Source: Burkholderiales bacterium (lineage in GTDB: Bacteria > Pseudomonadota > Gammaproteobacteria > Burkholderiales > SG8-39). From it: a stretch of 62,559 bases of DNA. Under the pieces are notes generated by a model. It was not told where the DNA came from. It saw nothing but the letters and a program-made list of their open reading frames with translations, and searched no databases. Positions 9,223 through 18,514 of the stretch are shown here, piece by piece; the stretch's first letter is position 1; every line of letters begins with the position of its first letter. The stretch covers positions 1-62,559 of the forward strand of contig JBCKLP010000002.1 of the NCBI GenBank assembly GCA_038903735.1. Direction: 5' to 3'. Both the position numbers and the translations under genes were made by a program.

Positions 9223-10950
9223 GTGACAGTCACCCTCGGCCTGCAAACCGGGCACGAATCCTCTGCGGCAATCTTCGAGAATGACCGCCTGGTTGCGGCG
9301 GTCTCCGATGAGCGTTTGTCCCGAATCAAGAATGATGGTGGTCGGCTGTCCGATCTGGCCATCAACGAAGTACTGAAGATCGCCGGCTTTCAGCGACAGG
9401 ACGTCGACTCGCTGGCTTTGCTCTACACCTTCTTTCCGGAGGAGTATTTCCAGCGCGAAACCTGGGTGAAGGAGATCGAACGCCGGTTGCATCGCGCGAG
9501 GCGAAAACGAGCCAACGGCGAACGGCCACAAATGCTGCTCAGCAATTTCATTGACCGCCTGCACGCACGCGGCAAAAAATTTGAGGCGCATTTTCATCGG
9601 AATGAGTTCCTGCAGAGGGAGGGTTTCCCGCAGGCCCGAACCGCGTTTTACGACCATCACGACTCCCACGCCCTACCGGCCGCCTACTATTCTGGATTCC
9701 GGCGGTGCGCGGTTTTCACCATGGATGGCAACGGTGATGCGAATATCAGCCATACCTCCGGAGTCTGGGCGGACGGACATTATCGGCGCGACCATCAGAC
9801 CGATGCTTATGGCGCATCACCCGGAGTCTTTTACGGGGCAATTACCGAGTTGCTCGGATTTCGTGTCATGCGCCACGAAGGCAAGGTCGTCGGCCTTGCG
9901 GCCATGGGAAACCCGGCGATTCTGCATGCGCAGTTAAGCAGGGCGCTGCATGTATCCGAGGATGGGCGTCGGTTTGCATCCGATTTCACTTCGGAAGAAG
10001 AACGTTATCGGTTCCTGAAACAAACCATTGCCGGGCATGGCCGCGAGGACGTGGCGGCTGCAGCCCAGAAAGTGCTGGAAGACGCGGTAGTCGCCCTGGT
10101 CAGGCGCTATCTCAACAGCAGCGGAGAGCGATGTGTGGCTTTGAATGGCGGCGTTTTCGCGAATGTCAAACTCAACCAGCGAATCGCTGAACTCGATGAA
10201 GTTGAGAAAATATTTGTCTTTCCGGCAATGAGCGATACCGGCAATTCCATCGGCGCTGCGTTGCTGGACATGGCCGCACAGGACGCGACAAAGTTGCAGA
10301 GATACTCGCCACTGGAGCATGTATATCTGGGTCCGGAGTTCAGCGATGACGAGATCGCCGCCGTCCTGGCCAGTTCCGGTGTGCCGTCGCAGAGACTGAA
10401 TGAGTCCGCGTTGATAGAGCGATCAGCGGCCACGATTCACGAAGGACGGGTGCTGGGCTGGTTTCAGGGCCGGATGGAGTTCGGTCCACGGGCATTGGGA
10501 AACCGCTCCATGCTGGCACGGGCGACCGACACCCGAATCAACGATTGGTTGAACGTGCGCCTCGAGCGTTCCGAATTTATGCCCTTTGCACCCAGCGTGC
10601 TGGCCGATCATGCCGATGAAGTGTTCATCGGCGTGGAAAAGGCACGGCATACGGCGGAATTCATGACCATCACCTTCGATGTCCGAGCGGATTGGCGAGC
10701 GCGGATTGCGGCGGTTGTGCATGTCGATGGCACTGCCCGGCCACAACTGGTGCGCAAGGAAACCAACCCGCTTTATTACCGGCTGATAGACGCGTACCGG
10801 CATTTGTCAGGAATTCCGCTGGTACTCAATACCAGTTTCAATGTGCACGAGGAACCTATCGTGTGTTCGCCCGCCGAAGCGGTACGAGCCCTGGTCGAAC
10901 GCCGGGTGGATTGTCTTGCTATCGGCGCGTTTTTTTGCGAGGCGCCATGA
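9223..10950 (+). CDS. Carbamoyltransferase (NodU/CmcH family)
   Basis: 575 aa. ..LGLQTGHESSAAIFENDRLVAAVSDERLSRIKND.. and ..HVDGTARPQLV..NTSFNVHEEPIVCSP.. are characteristic of NodU/CmcH O-carbamoyltransferases. Confidence 0.9.
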   Translation: MTVTLGLQTGHESSAAIFENDRLVAAVSDERLSRIKNDGGRLSDLAINEVLKIAGFQRQDVDSLALLYTFFPEEYFQRETWVKEIERRLHRARRKRANGERPQMLLSNFIDRLHARGKKFEAHFHRNEFLQREGFPQARTAFYDHHDSHALPAAYYSGFRRCAVFTMDGNGDANISHTSGVWADGHYRRDHQTDAYGASPGVFYGAITELLGFRVMRHEGKVVGLAAMGNPAILHAQLSRALHVSEDGRRFASDFTSEEERYRFLKQTIAGHGREDVAAAAQKVLEDAVVALVRRYLNSSGERCVALNGGVFANVKLNQRIAELDEVEKIFVFPAMSDTGNSIGAALLDMAAQDATKLQRYSPLEHVYLGPEFSDDEIAAVLASSGVPSQRLNESALIERSAATIHEGRVLGWFQGRMEFGPRALGNRSMLARATDTRINDWLNVRLERSEFMPFAPSVLADHADEVFIGVEKARHTAEFMTITFDVRADWRARIAAVVHVDGTARPQLVRKETNPLYYRLIDAYRHLSGIPLVLNTSFNVHEEPIVCSPAEAVRALVERRVDCLAIGAFFCEAP

Positions 10951-11708
10951 GCGCCGTTAACGGACTCCCCAAAGCCCTCGCAGTAGACGATCTTTACCCC
11001 GCGGTGCTCGCTCAATTTGATGCCGTTCGTGGTGCAGCAGGCGGATTACGGGTGCTGGATGTGCCCGCGGGACAGGGCGCATTCGCCAGAGAGCTGCTCG
11101 GCCATGCTTGTACACAGATCGACTGTCTCGATATCAATTCGGACCCATTCGTTTTTCGGGATCCGCAGGTTCGTTTTTTGCAGCATGACGTCATCAATCC
11201 CCTGCCATTTCCCGACGGGCATTTCGATCATGTCTTCAGTGTTGAGGGCATCGAGCATTTTGAGAACCCCTGGACCTTTGTGAAGGAATTGTGCCGAGTG
11301 CTGAAACCGGGCGGCTATCTGCTGCTCACCACGCCCAATACCTTCTCCGTGGATGCACGGCTGAAGTATCTGCTCTCCGGCTATTTCCCGCGGTTTCGGC
11401 CCCTGATGCAGGAACCGGACAAGGTCATGAACCAGCCGGTGGATGATGCGCATATTGCTCCGATATATTTCTGGCAACTCAATTTTTTCCTTCGCCAGGG
11501 GGGTGTCGACATCACTGGCGTAGCAACCAATGCGCTGTTGAAAAAACCGCAATGGGTAAAGCGCAGAATGGAAGCCTGGCTGGCATCCTTGATAAGGCGC
11601 AATATTGTCCGCCGTGGTTTTCCGGACTTGGGCGTCAGCTCCGAGGCCATGCTCTATGGTGATTGTCTGGTGCTGGCCGGCAGGAAAAGACTGGCGAGCG
11701 TGGCGTGA
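10947..11708 (+). CDS. Class I SAM-dependent methyltransferase
   Basis: Trimmed from 10692 to the ATG at 10947 (ATGA overlap with the carbamoyltransferase stop). ..LRVLDVPAGQGAFAREL.. (motif I) and ..LKPGGYLLLTTPN... Confidence 0.85.
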   Translation: MSAVNGLPKALAVDDLYPAVLAQFDAVRGAAGGLRVLDVPAGQGAFARELLGHACTQIDCLDINSDPFVFRDPQVRFLQHDVINPLPFPDGHFDHVFSVEGIEHFENPWTFVKELCRVLKPGGYLLLTTPNTFSVDARLKYLLSGYFPRFRPLMQEPDKVMNQPVDDAHIAPIYFWQLNFFLRQGGVDITGVATNALLKKPQWVKRRMEAWLASLIRRNIVRRGFPDLGVSSEAMLYGDCLVLAGRKRLASVA

Positions 11709-12820
11709 ATCTGCTCTACGCTTTTCCTGAACCCCTGCCGCTGCCTCGGGCGCGAGGAATCCAGGCAGTACATACGGTGGCTGCCCTCGCTGAGGCCGGT
11801 GTACAAGTCCAATTCTCCTACGTAACTGCGGGCGAGGATCCATTCGTGCATTACGGCCTGGTCAGGCCCGATGGCGTTCAACTGCTGCCTTTGTCGCGGT
11901 CCCTGCCTTGGCCACTGGAGAGGGTGCATAGCAATCGTCTGTTCGCCGCCCGCCTCGACCGCAGCATTGATCTTGCGTGCGTTGCGGTGATGGTGCGTCA
12001 TATCAAACTGGCGGCATGGCTGGCAGATCATCCGAAACGCCCAAAATGGCTTTACGAGGCACATGAAGTGTTTGCTGATACGGCACCGGGCACTCAGGCC
12101 GGGCGGCGCAGGGAGGAGGAGTCGCGGGTTTTCAAGTCGGCAGCAGCCGTGGTGGCAAACTCGGCCGCGACGGCACGACGACTGGTTGAGCTTTACGGCG
12201 AGCCGGCGGCCCTTGAAGTCATTCCCAACGGGGTAGTGAGGCCTGAGTATCTTCCCGACAAGGACTGGAGTAACGCGGGCAAAAAGATAGTGTACGCGGG
12301 CAGTCTGTTCCCCTGGAAGGGCGCCGCCGATCTGGTGGCTGCCGCTTCCAGCCTGGCGGGATGCAGCATCGAGATCATCGGTGGTGAGGATGCGGCAATT
12401 GAGTCATTGCGAGCGCAGGCGCCCAGGGCAGGCGCCGAGCTTCGATTTGCCGGCCGCTTGCCCCATGCCGAGGCAATGCAGCGGGTGTTAAGCGCGTGCA
12501 TCGCAGTGTTACCCAATCGGGCGGATACTGACAGCGGGTTCACCTCGCCAATCAAGCTATTCGAATATATGGCGGCCGGTTGCGCCATAGTTGCCTCGGA
12601 CCTGGCGCCCATAAGAGAGATTCTTGATGAGGATGAGGCAATCTGGACGCGCCCCGGAGATTCCGCGAGCATTGCCGCAGCAATTGCCACTCTGGTCGGA
12701 AATCCCGATCATGCGCGTCGCCTCGGTGAGAAAGTGAGTCTGAAATCCCGGCAATACACCTGGAAGGCGCGGGCCGAGCGCCTGAAATCATTGCTGGAAA
12801 AGATGGGCGCGCCATCATGA
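11705..12820 (+). CDS. GT4 family glycosyltransferase
   Basis: The GTG at 11705 overlaps the upstream TGA (the ORF-track start at 11663 is also possible). ..VYAGSLFPWKGAADLV.. and ..SPIKLFEYMAAGCAIVASDL... Confidence 0.85.
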   Translation: MNLLYAFPEPLPLPRARGIQAVHTVAALAEAGVQVQFSYVTAGEDPFVHYGLVRPDGVQLLPLSRSLPWPLERVHSNRLFAARLDRSIDLACVAVMVRHIKLAAWLADHPKRPKWLYEAHEVFADTAPGTQAGRRREEESRVFKSAAAVVANSAATARRLVELYGEPAALEVIPNGVVRPEYLPDKDWSNAGKKIVYAGSLFPWKGAADLVAAASSLAGCSIEIIGGEDAAIESLRAQAPRAGAELRFAGRLPHAEAMQRVLSACIAVLPNRADTDSGFTSPIKLFEYMAAGCAIVASDLAPIREILDEDEAIWTRPGDSASIAAAIATLVGNPDHARRLGEKVSLKSRQYTWKARAERLKSLLEKMGAPS

Positions 12821-13869
12821 GCCTGCGCGGTTCGCCCAAGTTTCTGGTCATCCGCAGAGACAATATTGGCGACCTGGTGTGCACCACACCGTTGATCGCC
12901 GCATTGCGCAATCTTCATCCCCAAGCCTATATCGGTGCGCTGGTAAACAGCTATAACCGTGATATTCTTCATGGAAATCCGGATGTTGACGAGGTATTTG
13001 CCTATACCAAGGCAAAGCACCGCGGTCCGCATCGCAGCCTGTTGGGCGTATTCGCGGAGCGCGCACAGATGCTCTTTGGGTTGCGTCGCAGAGCAATAGA
13101 TCTTGCGATTCTCGCGGCGCCCGGATTTCAGGCGCGCTCGCTGCGACTGGCCCGTTGGGCGGGTGCCCGGCGCGTGCTGGGATTTGTTGACGAACATGGA
13201 GCTGGAAACATCGATTTGGCCGTGCCCTACGCCCCAATGCCGGGGTTGCACGAAGTGGAAGATGTCTTTCGGCTGGCCCCGGCGCTGGGGGTGGAGGGTG
13301 GGCCTCCGCCCATGAGAGTTTCCGCGGATCCGGACAGACTGGCAGTGATACGCGCCAGGATAGCCGGGCGATTCGATGCCCGCCAAGGGCCCCTGATTTG
13401 CCTGCACATCAGCGCACGAAAAACCTCGCAACGCTGGCCGGCAGAATGCTTTGTGGCTTTGGCAAAACGCCTGTGCAGTGAATTTGACGCAAGACTGATG
13501 CTGGTCTGGGCGCCTGGCTCGACAGTGAATCCCCTGCACCCCGGCGACGACGAGAAGGCAGATAGGATATCGGGCGCTCTGGATGCAGACCTTCTGCTTG
13601 CGTATCCAACGCGGGAGCTTGGTGATCTGATTGCCGCGGTGGCCGCGAGCGATCTTGTGATTTGCGCTGATGGAGGCGCCATGCATATTGCCGCAGCGCT
13701 GGGCAAGCCTATCGTCTGCCTTTTCGGGGATTCCGCCGCAAGCCGCTGGTATCCCTGGAAAACCAGATACGAGTTGCTGCAGCCACCCAGCAGGGACGTC
13801 AGGGATATAAGTGTCGACGAAGTAATGTCGGCAATGCGCCGGGCCTGGGTCCCAGTGCGAGGGGTTTGA
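12817..13869 (+). CDS. Glycosyltransferase family 9 (heptosyltransferase-like)
   Basis: 350 aa. ..FLVIRRDNIGDLVCTTPLIAALR.. and ..CADGGAMHIAAALGKPIVCLFG.. are the GT9 signatures. Confidence 0.85.
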   Translation: MSLRGSPKFLVIRRDNIGDLVCTTPLIAALRNLHPQAYIGALVNSYNRDILHGNPDVDEVFAYTKAKHRGPHRSLLGVFAERAQMLFGLRRRAIDLAILAAPGFQARSLRLARWAGARRVLGFVDEHGAGNIDLAVPYAPMPGLHEVEDVFRLAPALGVEGGPPPMRVSADPDRLAVIRARIAGRFDARQGPLICLHISARKTSQRWPAECFVALAKRLCSEFDARLMLVWAPGSTVNPLHPGDDEKADRISGALDADLLLAYPTRELGDLIAAVAASDLVICADGGAMHIAAALGKPIVCLFGDSAASRWYPWKTRYELLQPPSRDVRDISVDEVMSAMRRAWVPVRGV

Positions 13870-14909
13870 TCGTGGACACGAGATCAGGCAAGTCGGGGGA
13901 CAAAGCCGTGGTGGTCTGGCTGCTGGCGTGCTGTTTTCTGGTGTTCGCAATGATTGTAATCGGTGGTATCACCCGGTTGACACATTCCGGTCTTTCCATT
14001 GTTGAATGGCAGCCTGTTGCGGGAACGCTGCCGCCCCTTAGCGAATCGCAATGGCAGGAAACCTTTGAAAAATACCGATTGACGCCGGAATACCTGCAGG
14101 TCAATCGTGGTATGAGCGTTGAGGCATTCAAGGCCATTTTCTGGTGGGAGTACATACACCGCTTGTTGGGCCGGCTCATTGGCATTGCATTTTTGCTTCC
14201 ACTTATCTGGTTCTACTGGAAAGGCTGGATAGAACGCCGCCAAATTCCCGGGTTACTGGGTATATTTGTGTTGGGTGGCCTGCAGGGCGCGATGGGCTGG
14301 TACATGGTGGCGTCGGGCCTGGTGGACGACCCGCGCGTCTCGCAGTACCGGCTTACCGCGCATTTGAGTCTTGCATTTCTAATCTACGCGGCCATGCTTT
14401 GGGTCGCTCTGGAAATTCGCCATCCGCGCGGACCTGCCGCCGAAAATGCAGGAGGGCGATCAACCCTGGTTCGACATGCCTGGGGGATACTGTTCCTGAT
14501 TAGCATGATGGTGATAACGGGCGGTTTTGTGGCCGGCATCCGCGCGGGATTTGCCTATAACACCTTTCCCCTGATGAACGGGCACTGGTTTCCCCCGGAA
14601 CTTTTTCTGCTCGAGCCGTGGTATTTGAATTTCTTCAATAACATGGCAACTGTACAGTTTGATCACCGCTTGTTTGCCTGGATGCTGGCGTTTGTGGTTC
14701 CCTGGTTCTGGTTGCGGATTCAGAAATCCAGCGTTCCACCGCGGGTGCGGCTTGGATCGCATTGGTTGCTGGGATTGCTATTCCTGCAAATATCCCTGGG
14801 TATTGCAACGCTGCTTCTGGTCATGCCCTTGCCATTGGCCGCGGCCCATCAGGCGTGCGCAGTATTGGTACTTTCTGCTGCAATATACGAACTACAAGCA
14901 TTGCGTTGA
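13866..14909 (+). CDS. ctaA: Heme A synthase (COX15/CtaA family)
   Basis: 347 aa polytopic protein. ..GGITRLTHSGLSIVEWQPVAGTLPPLSESQWQETFEKYRLTPEY.. plus conserved His pairs (WEYIHRLLGR, FDHRLFAW). Its start overlaps the stop of the GT9 gene. Confidence 0.85.
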   Translation: MIVDTRSGKSGDKAVVVWLLACCFLVFAMIVIGGITRLTHSGLSIVEWQPVAGTLPPLSESQWQETFEKYRLTPEYLQVNRGMSVEAFKAIFWWEYIHRLLGRLIGIAFLLPLIWFYWKGWIERRQIPGLLGIFVLGGLQGAMGWYMVASGLVDDPRVSQYRLTAHLSLAFLIYAAMLWVALEIRHPRGPAAENAGGRSTLVRHAWGILFLISMMVITGGFVAGIRAGFAYNTFPLMNGHWFPPELFLLEPWYLNFFNNMATVQFDHRLFAWMLAFVVPWFWLRIQKSSVPPRVRLGSHWLLGLLFLQISLGIATLLLVMPLPLAAAHQACAVLVLSAAIYELQALR

Positions 14910-15043
14910 ATCGCCAAAATTCGGGAATCCGGTGCATCGAATCCTTTAACTGTACGCGGGGCATCGTCGTTTGGCCTACTGCAAGGCCTTATCCACACGA
15001 TTCGATCTGTCCCTGTTCAAATGGAAAGGCTGCATAACCATTT

Positions 15044-16351
15044 CTACTGCAGACTTAAATCATTTACTGCGAGCGGGACATCGTCCGGCTCCAGCATTTC
15101 TGCGTATTGGAGCGAGATCAATTCAGGGCCATAACGTTTACGGACACTATCCGTATACTGAATCGGCACCGTTGGTAATGCAAACAAAAAGCCAGCCAGC
15201 TCATCGATGATTTTCTGCGATGGGGAGCCATCGCTTCGTTGTAAGTTCAAGACCGCAGGGTAGTCGGAGAGCGCCTCGGAAGCCGTGTCCTTGGCAATAC
15301 TGACAATATTCAGTATCGGTTTCCCCACCGCCATGTACTCCACGACTTTGCTGGCCAGCTGTGCATCTGAATCATTTCCGATATTAACCAGCACATCTGC
15401 ATTTGCCATGGCCTGATGAACGACGGAGCGAGGTACCAAACCATGAATGAAAACGGATTCGCGCATCATTTCCGAATATGTTTGCAACTCTTCTCCACAA
15501 TCATTCACCGAGCCGTAAAAGTGTAGTTCAAGCTTCTTTTGGGGGTAGGCAGCCTTCAACTCAGAGAAACAAGCCAGCAAGAACCGCGGGCTACGCAGGG
15601 TGCGGTACAGGGTGCCGATAAATACTAGTTGCAAATTATCATCGTTATACCTGGTTCGCTGTGGAGTCTTCGGGAGCGACATCAAAGGTGGGATAACACG
15701 AACCTTATTCTTGGAAATCGAGAATTGGTTGCGGTAAAGTTGTGCGGTTGACTCCGTGGTTACACTAATGGCGTCGGCTCCCGCGATCACCTTACGCTCG
15801 ATATGGAGGCTCAACCATCCATAAAACAGACGGTTGTAGGGCGGGGCAGCTTTCAACCCAGAATATGGGTCACTGATATCTACTAACCACTTCACGGATG
15901 GCGCTCCCGCGACCGTCCGCATTGCAACCAAATGTCCTGAAAAGGGGTGCGAGGTTGAGATGATCCAGTCGAACTGCTTTTCTTTGTGAAGCGCGCGAGC
16001 AACCCGAGTTGCAGGCCATACCCAGCCGCAGGCATAGTCGGGCCAATAAAGCGCACGCCAAAGCGTTCTTACGCACGTTCGGATCACGTTACGCAATAAA
16101 CTACTTGGCGAATTCATGTGCTTAAGACCTTGTGGGGCGCCAGGCACCACGCGCTTTGAAGCATCAAGCAGCAAATCCGCTACGCGGTAAATAGTGACTC
16201 CATCCACTATTTCAGTTGGGCCCGGAGCTGAGGCGCACAAGAGGTGCACTTCGTGACCGAGCCCCACCAACTCTTTGGAGACTGCGGACCAACGAAATGC
16301 ACGGGGAGTGAGGTCTGGCGTATATGAGTGTGTAATGACAAGTATTCGCAT
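15044..16351 (-). CDS. GT4 family glycosyltransferase
   Basis: ATG at 16351 (MRILVITHSYTPDLTPRAF..). The track start at 16360 is a TTG directly after the upstream stop. It is the last gene of the minus-strand operon. Confidence 0.85.
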   Translation of the reverse strand: MRILVITHSYTPDLTPRAFRWSAVSKELVGLGHEVHLLCASAPGPTEIVDGVTIYRVADLLLDASKRVVPGAPQGLKHMNSPSSLLRNVIRTCVRTLWRALYWPDYACGWVWPATRVARALHKEKQFDWIISTSHPFSGHLVAMRTVAGAPSVKWLVDISDPYSGLKAAPPYNRLFYGWLSLHIERKVIAGADAISVTTESTAQLYRNQFSISKNKVRVIPPLMSLPKTPQRTRYNDDNLQLVFIGTLYRTLRSPRFLLACFSELKAAYPQKKLELHFYGSVNDCGEELQTYSEMMRESVFIHGLVPRSVVHQAMANADVLVNIGNDSDAQLASKVVEYMAVGKPILNIVSIAKDTASEALSDYPAVLNLQRSDGSPSQKIIDELAGFLFALPTVPIQYTDSVRKRYGPELISLQYAEMLEPDDVPLAVNDLSLQ

Positions 16352-16360
16352 TGGCAACAA

Positions 16361-18514
16361 TCACATCTTTGACGCGATGCGCCCGTAAGCAGGAGAAAAT
16401 GCCAAATTGTTCGGCGCCGGGTCGGTAACGGGCAAACCATTGGGAGAGAAATCCAATACAACGATGCGATCAACTTCAAGGGAAACGATACGGTAGATCC
16501 ATTCTCCATAGCCAGCATGGCGGCCAATGAAGCCTTTAGGGCCAAAATAGAGACATTCTCCTTCGGCTGCGCCCCGCAGATCGAACTCGCCCAAGTCAAG
16601 ATTGGCCGGCTCCCGCGTTTCGGAACGGGGCACATGGTGGGCGCTAGCGGAACGGTAGTCGTTGCGGCGCTTGGGCAAGGCGGTATAGATGTAGGTGCCC
16701 GGGTCCCGAACTTGGTCGGCACCGTCGATCATGAGTTCCAATGCTAATTGATCGCAATGAGCGTGCGCGCCGAGGCCGGCCAAACCGATTTCGCCGCAGC
16801 GGATGGCGAGGTAGAGTCTAGGGCTTTTCACCAGATGGCAGCCCATGCCCGCGAAGCGCCGCAGACTCAGTCCGTCCAAGAGGCCTGGTGTAGATAAGAA
16901 TTCGCTGCGCTGACGGCAAGCTCCCGGACAAGCTTGGGCCAGGGCATGCAGTTCCTGCCAGACAGACGTGTCGCCCACGGGCACCGGTGACTTTGCTTCC
17001 CTCATGGTCTGATGTGCTGGCTGGCGTTGAGCTAAGAGCATCAGCAACTCCGCACCGATTTCCGTCGGACGGCAGCCAAGAAAAGCCTCGGCTGCGGCAA
17101 GAAAGCCGCTGTGGTCCAATGACCAAGCTGGATCATCTGGATTACCCCCAGCACGTTGCTGCTCGCTGTCTGCTAGTGTCAAAAAACGGCCGCTGTCGTT
17201 GTCACCAAACTGGGTGACAAAGCCATCCGGCCGGGTCATGGCCCGGGTGAAAGCCGTCATGCCGGCAACGCGCTCCCGGCACCAAGGCGGCACAGGACCG
17301 CTACGCTCACTGCCAGGTATGGCGTGAAATGGAACGACCGACAAGGAATGGCGCGGTGGAACACGTCCCGGCCAAACCCGGGGGCAGCCTAATGCAATAC
17401 ACTTTTCCGCAGCTAAGCCGTCAAGCAATGCGAGTCCCCAAAGCACGATCTCGGCGGAGAGCCTGTGATAACAGACGCTAGCTTCGAAATTGCTGCCGTC
17501 CGGGTGAAACTGATAGTCAATTTCTTCTAGCAGTTCCAGAGTGGCGAAGTGCAGCCAGAGGTCGGACTCCTCGCCCCGTGGCAAATAGACCGCACAAAAC
17601 AGTAAACCAACAATATTTGCTAAATAGTGGTTGCCACGAAAATGCCGCGCCCATTCCAGGTTCTCGGCAACGTGTCGGGCATGGCTACGCACGCTAGCCG
17701 CAAAAATGGCCTCCGTTTGGAAGTCGAAAGTAAATCCACTGCTTAACAACAGATCTCTGGCCACAAGCATATTAGCGACGCGAATACCGACATCCATGGG
17801 GCAGGACCAATTGACCCCGAAACCTGGCGGGTTGGTTGCGATGAAGTCCAGAATCTGATTACGTATTTCTCGGCCGTATTCTTCTGTCACCTGGAATCCG
17901 GCTAGTCCGTCGCGAGCATAGTTTGCGGCCAAAGCCAGTAACGGCAGATGCTGCATGCGCCCCAGTTCCCAAGGGACTTTGACATCCACGCCGGGATAGT
18001 GCGCAAAGCGTATGGAGTGGTACCAGGTCCGTTCACGCCAGCGGAACCCAGATTTGAAATCTAGTTGCCAGTCGATTGCTTGGTAAGCAGAGTCGACGAG
18101 TGACCAGATGCGTTGCGCCTCCGCCAAATTGGCATGATTGATACGGCCCGCTAACCACAGCCCTTGGCTATCGGGGACATGGGTCGGCCCCGGGACAAAA
18201 CGATGTCCCTCCAGGCCGGCGCATACCAGGCCGTAAGCCACTACCACGGGGCCGGAACCCAACAGGTCGAAGCGGTGCGCCAAAAAGTCCGCAGCCTGAT
18301 TTCGCACCAGATCTGCATGGTATGGACTATGTGCCAGAATCCTCTCTACACAAACTGAGTCCTGACCTTGGAAGCGGCGGGCCAAGGGTTCAGCAACGGC
18401 CGGCGCATAGGTTGGCACGAAGGCGACCTGCATTTGTTTCGTTACACTGCGCATGTCGCGCCAAAGCCGGCCTGCAATGCGGCGTAACGAAATGGAGGGC
18501 TGGCGCCGATTCAT
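16361..18514 (-). CDS. Heparinase II/III-like (alginate-lyase-fold) family protein
   Basis: 717 aa. Its size and blocks such as ..WELGRMQHLPLLALA.., ..FRGNHYLANIVGLLF.. and ..HAHCDQLALELM.. are typical of heparinase II/III-family proteins found in polysaccharide loci. Confidence 0.75.
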   Translation of the reverse strand: MNRRQPSISLRRIAGRLWRDMRSVTKQMQVAFVPTYAPAVAEPLARRFQGQDSVCVERILAHSPYHADLVRNQAADFLAHRFDLLGSGPVVVAYGLVCAGLEGHRFVPGPTHVPDSQGLWLAGRINHANLAEAQRIWSLVDSAYQAIDWQLDFKSGFRWRERTWYHSIRFAHYPGVDVKVPWELGRMQHLPLLALAANYARDGLAGFQVTEEYGREIRNQILDFIATNPPGFGVNWSCPMDVGIRVANMLVARDLLLSSGFTFDFQTEAIFAASVRSHARHVAENLEWARHFRGNHYLANIVGLLFCAVYLPRGEESDLWLHFATLELLEEIDYQFHPDGSNFEASVCYHRLSAEIVLWGLALLDGLAAEKCIALGCPRVWPGRVPPRHSLSVVPFHAIPGSERSGPVPPWCRERVAGMTAFTRAMTRPDGFVTQFGDNDSGRFLTLADSEQQRAGGNPDDPAWSLDHSGFLAAAEAFLGCRPTEIGAELLMLLAQRQPAHQTMREAKSPVPVGDTSVWQELHALAQACPGACRQRSEFLSTPGLLDGLSLRRFAGMGCHLVKSPRLYLAIRCGEIGLAGLGAHAHCDQLALELMIDGADQVRDPGTYIYTALPKRRNDYRSASAHHVPRSETREPANLDLGEFDLRGAAEGECLYFGPKGFIGRHAGYGEWIYRIVSLEVDRIVVLDFSPNGLPVTDPAPNNLAFSPAYGRIASKM

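Noticed and set aside
12709-13950. Long antisense ORFs in the ORF track. Examples: 12709..13950(-), 24604..25761(+), 27403..28326(+), 28362..29402(+), 30036..31502(+), 33043..33948(+), 45129..46355(+), 52713..53462(-), 11046..11843(-), 38464..39177(+).
   Set aside because: Each lies opposite a gene with clear family motifs. They have Arg/Pro/Gly/Ala-rich low-complexity translations typical of shadow frames in high-GC DNA, and no motif I recognise.
14910-15043. A bidirectional terminator where the two large operons converge.
   Set aside because: Only 4-5-bp stems are present (for example GGCC-N8-GGCC), with no adjacent T tracts. The support is not enough to call a feature.
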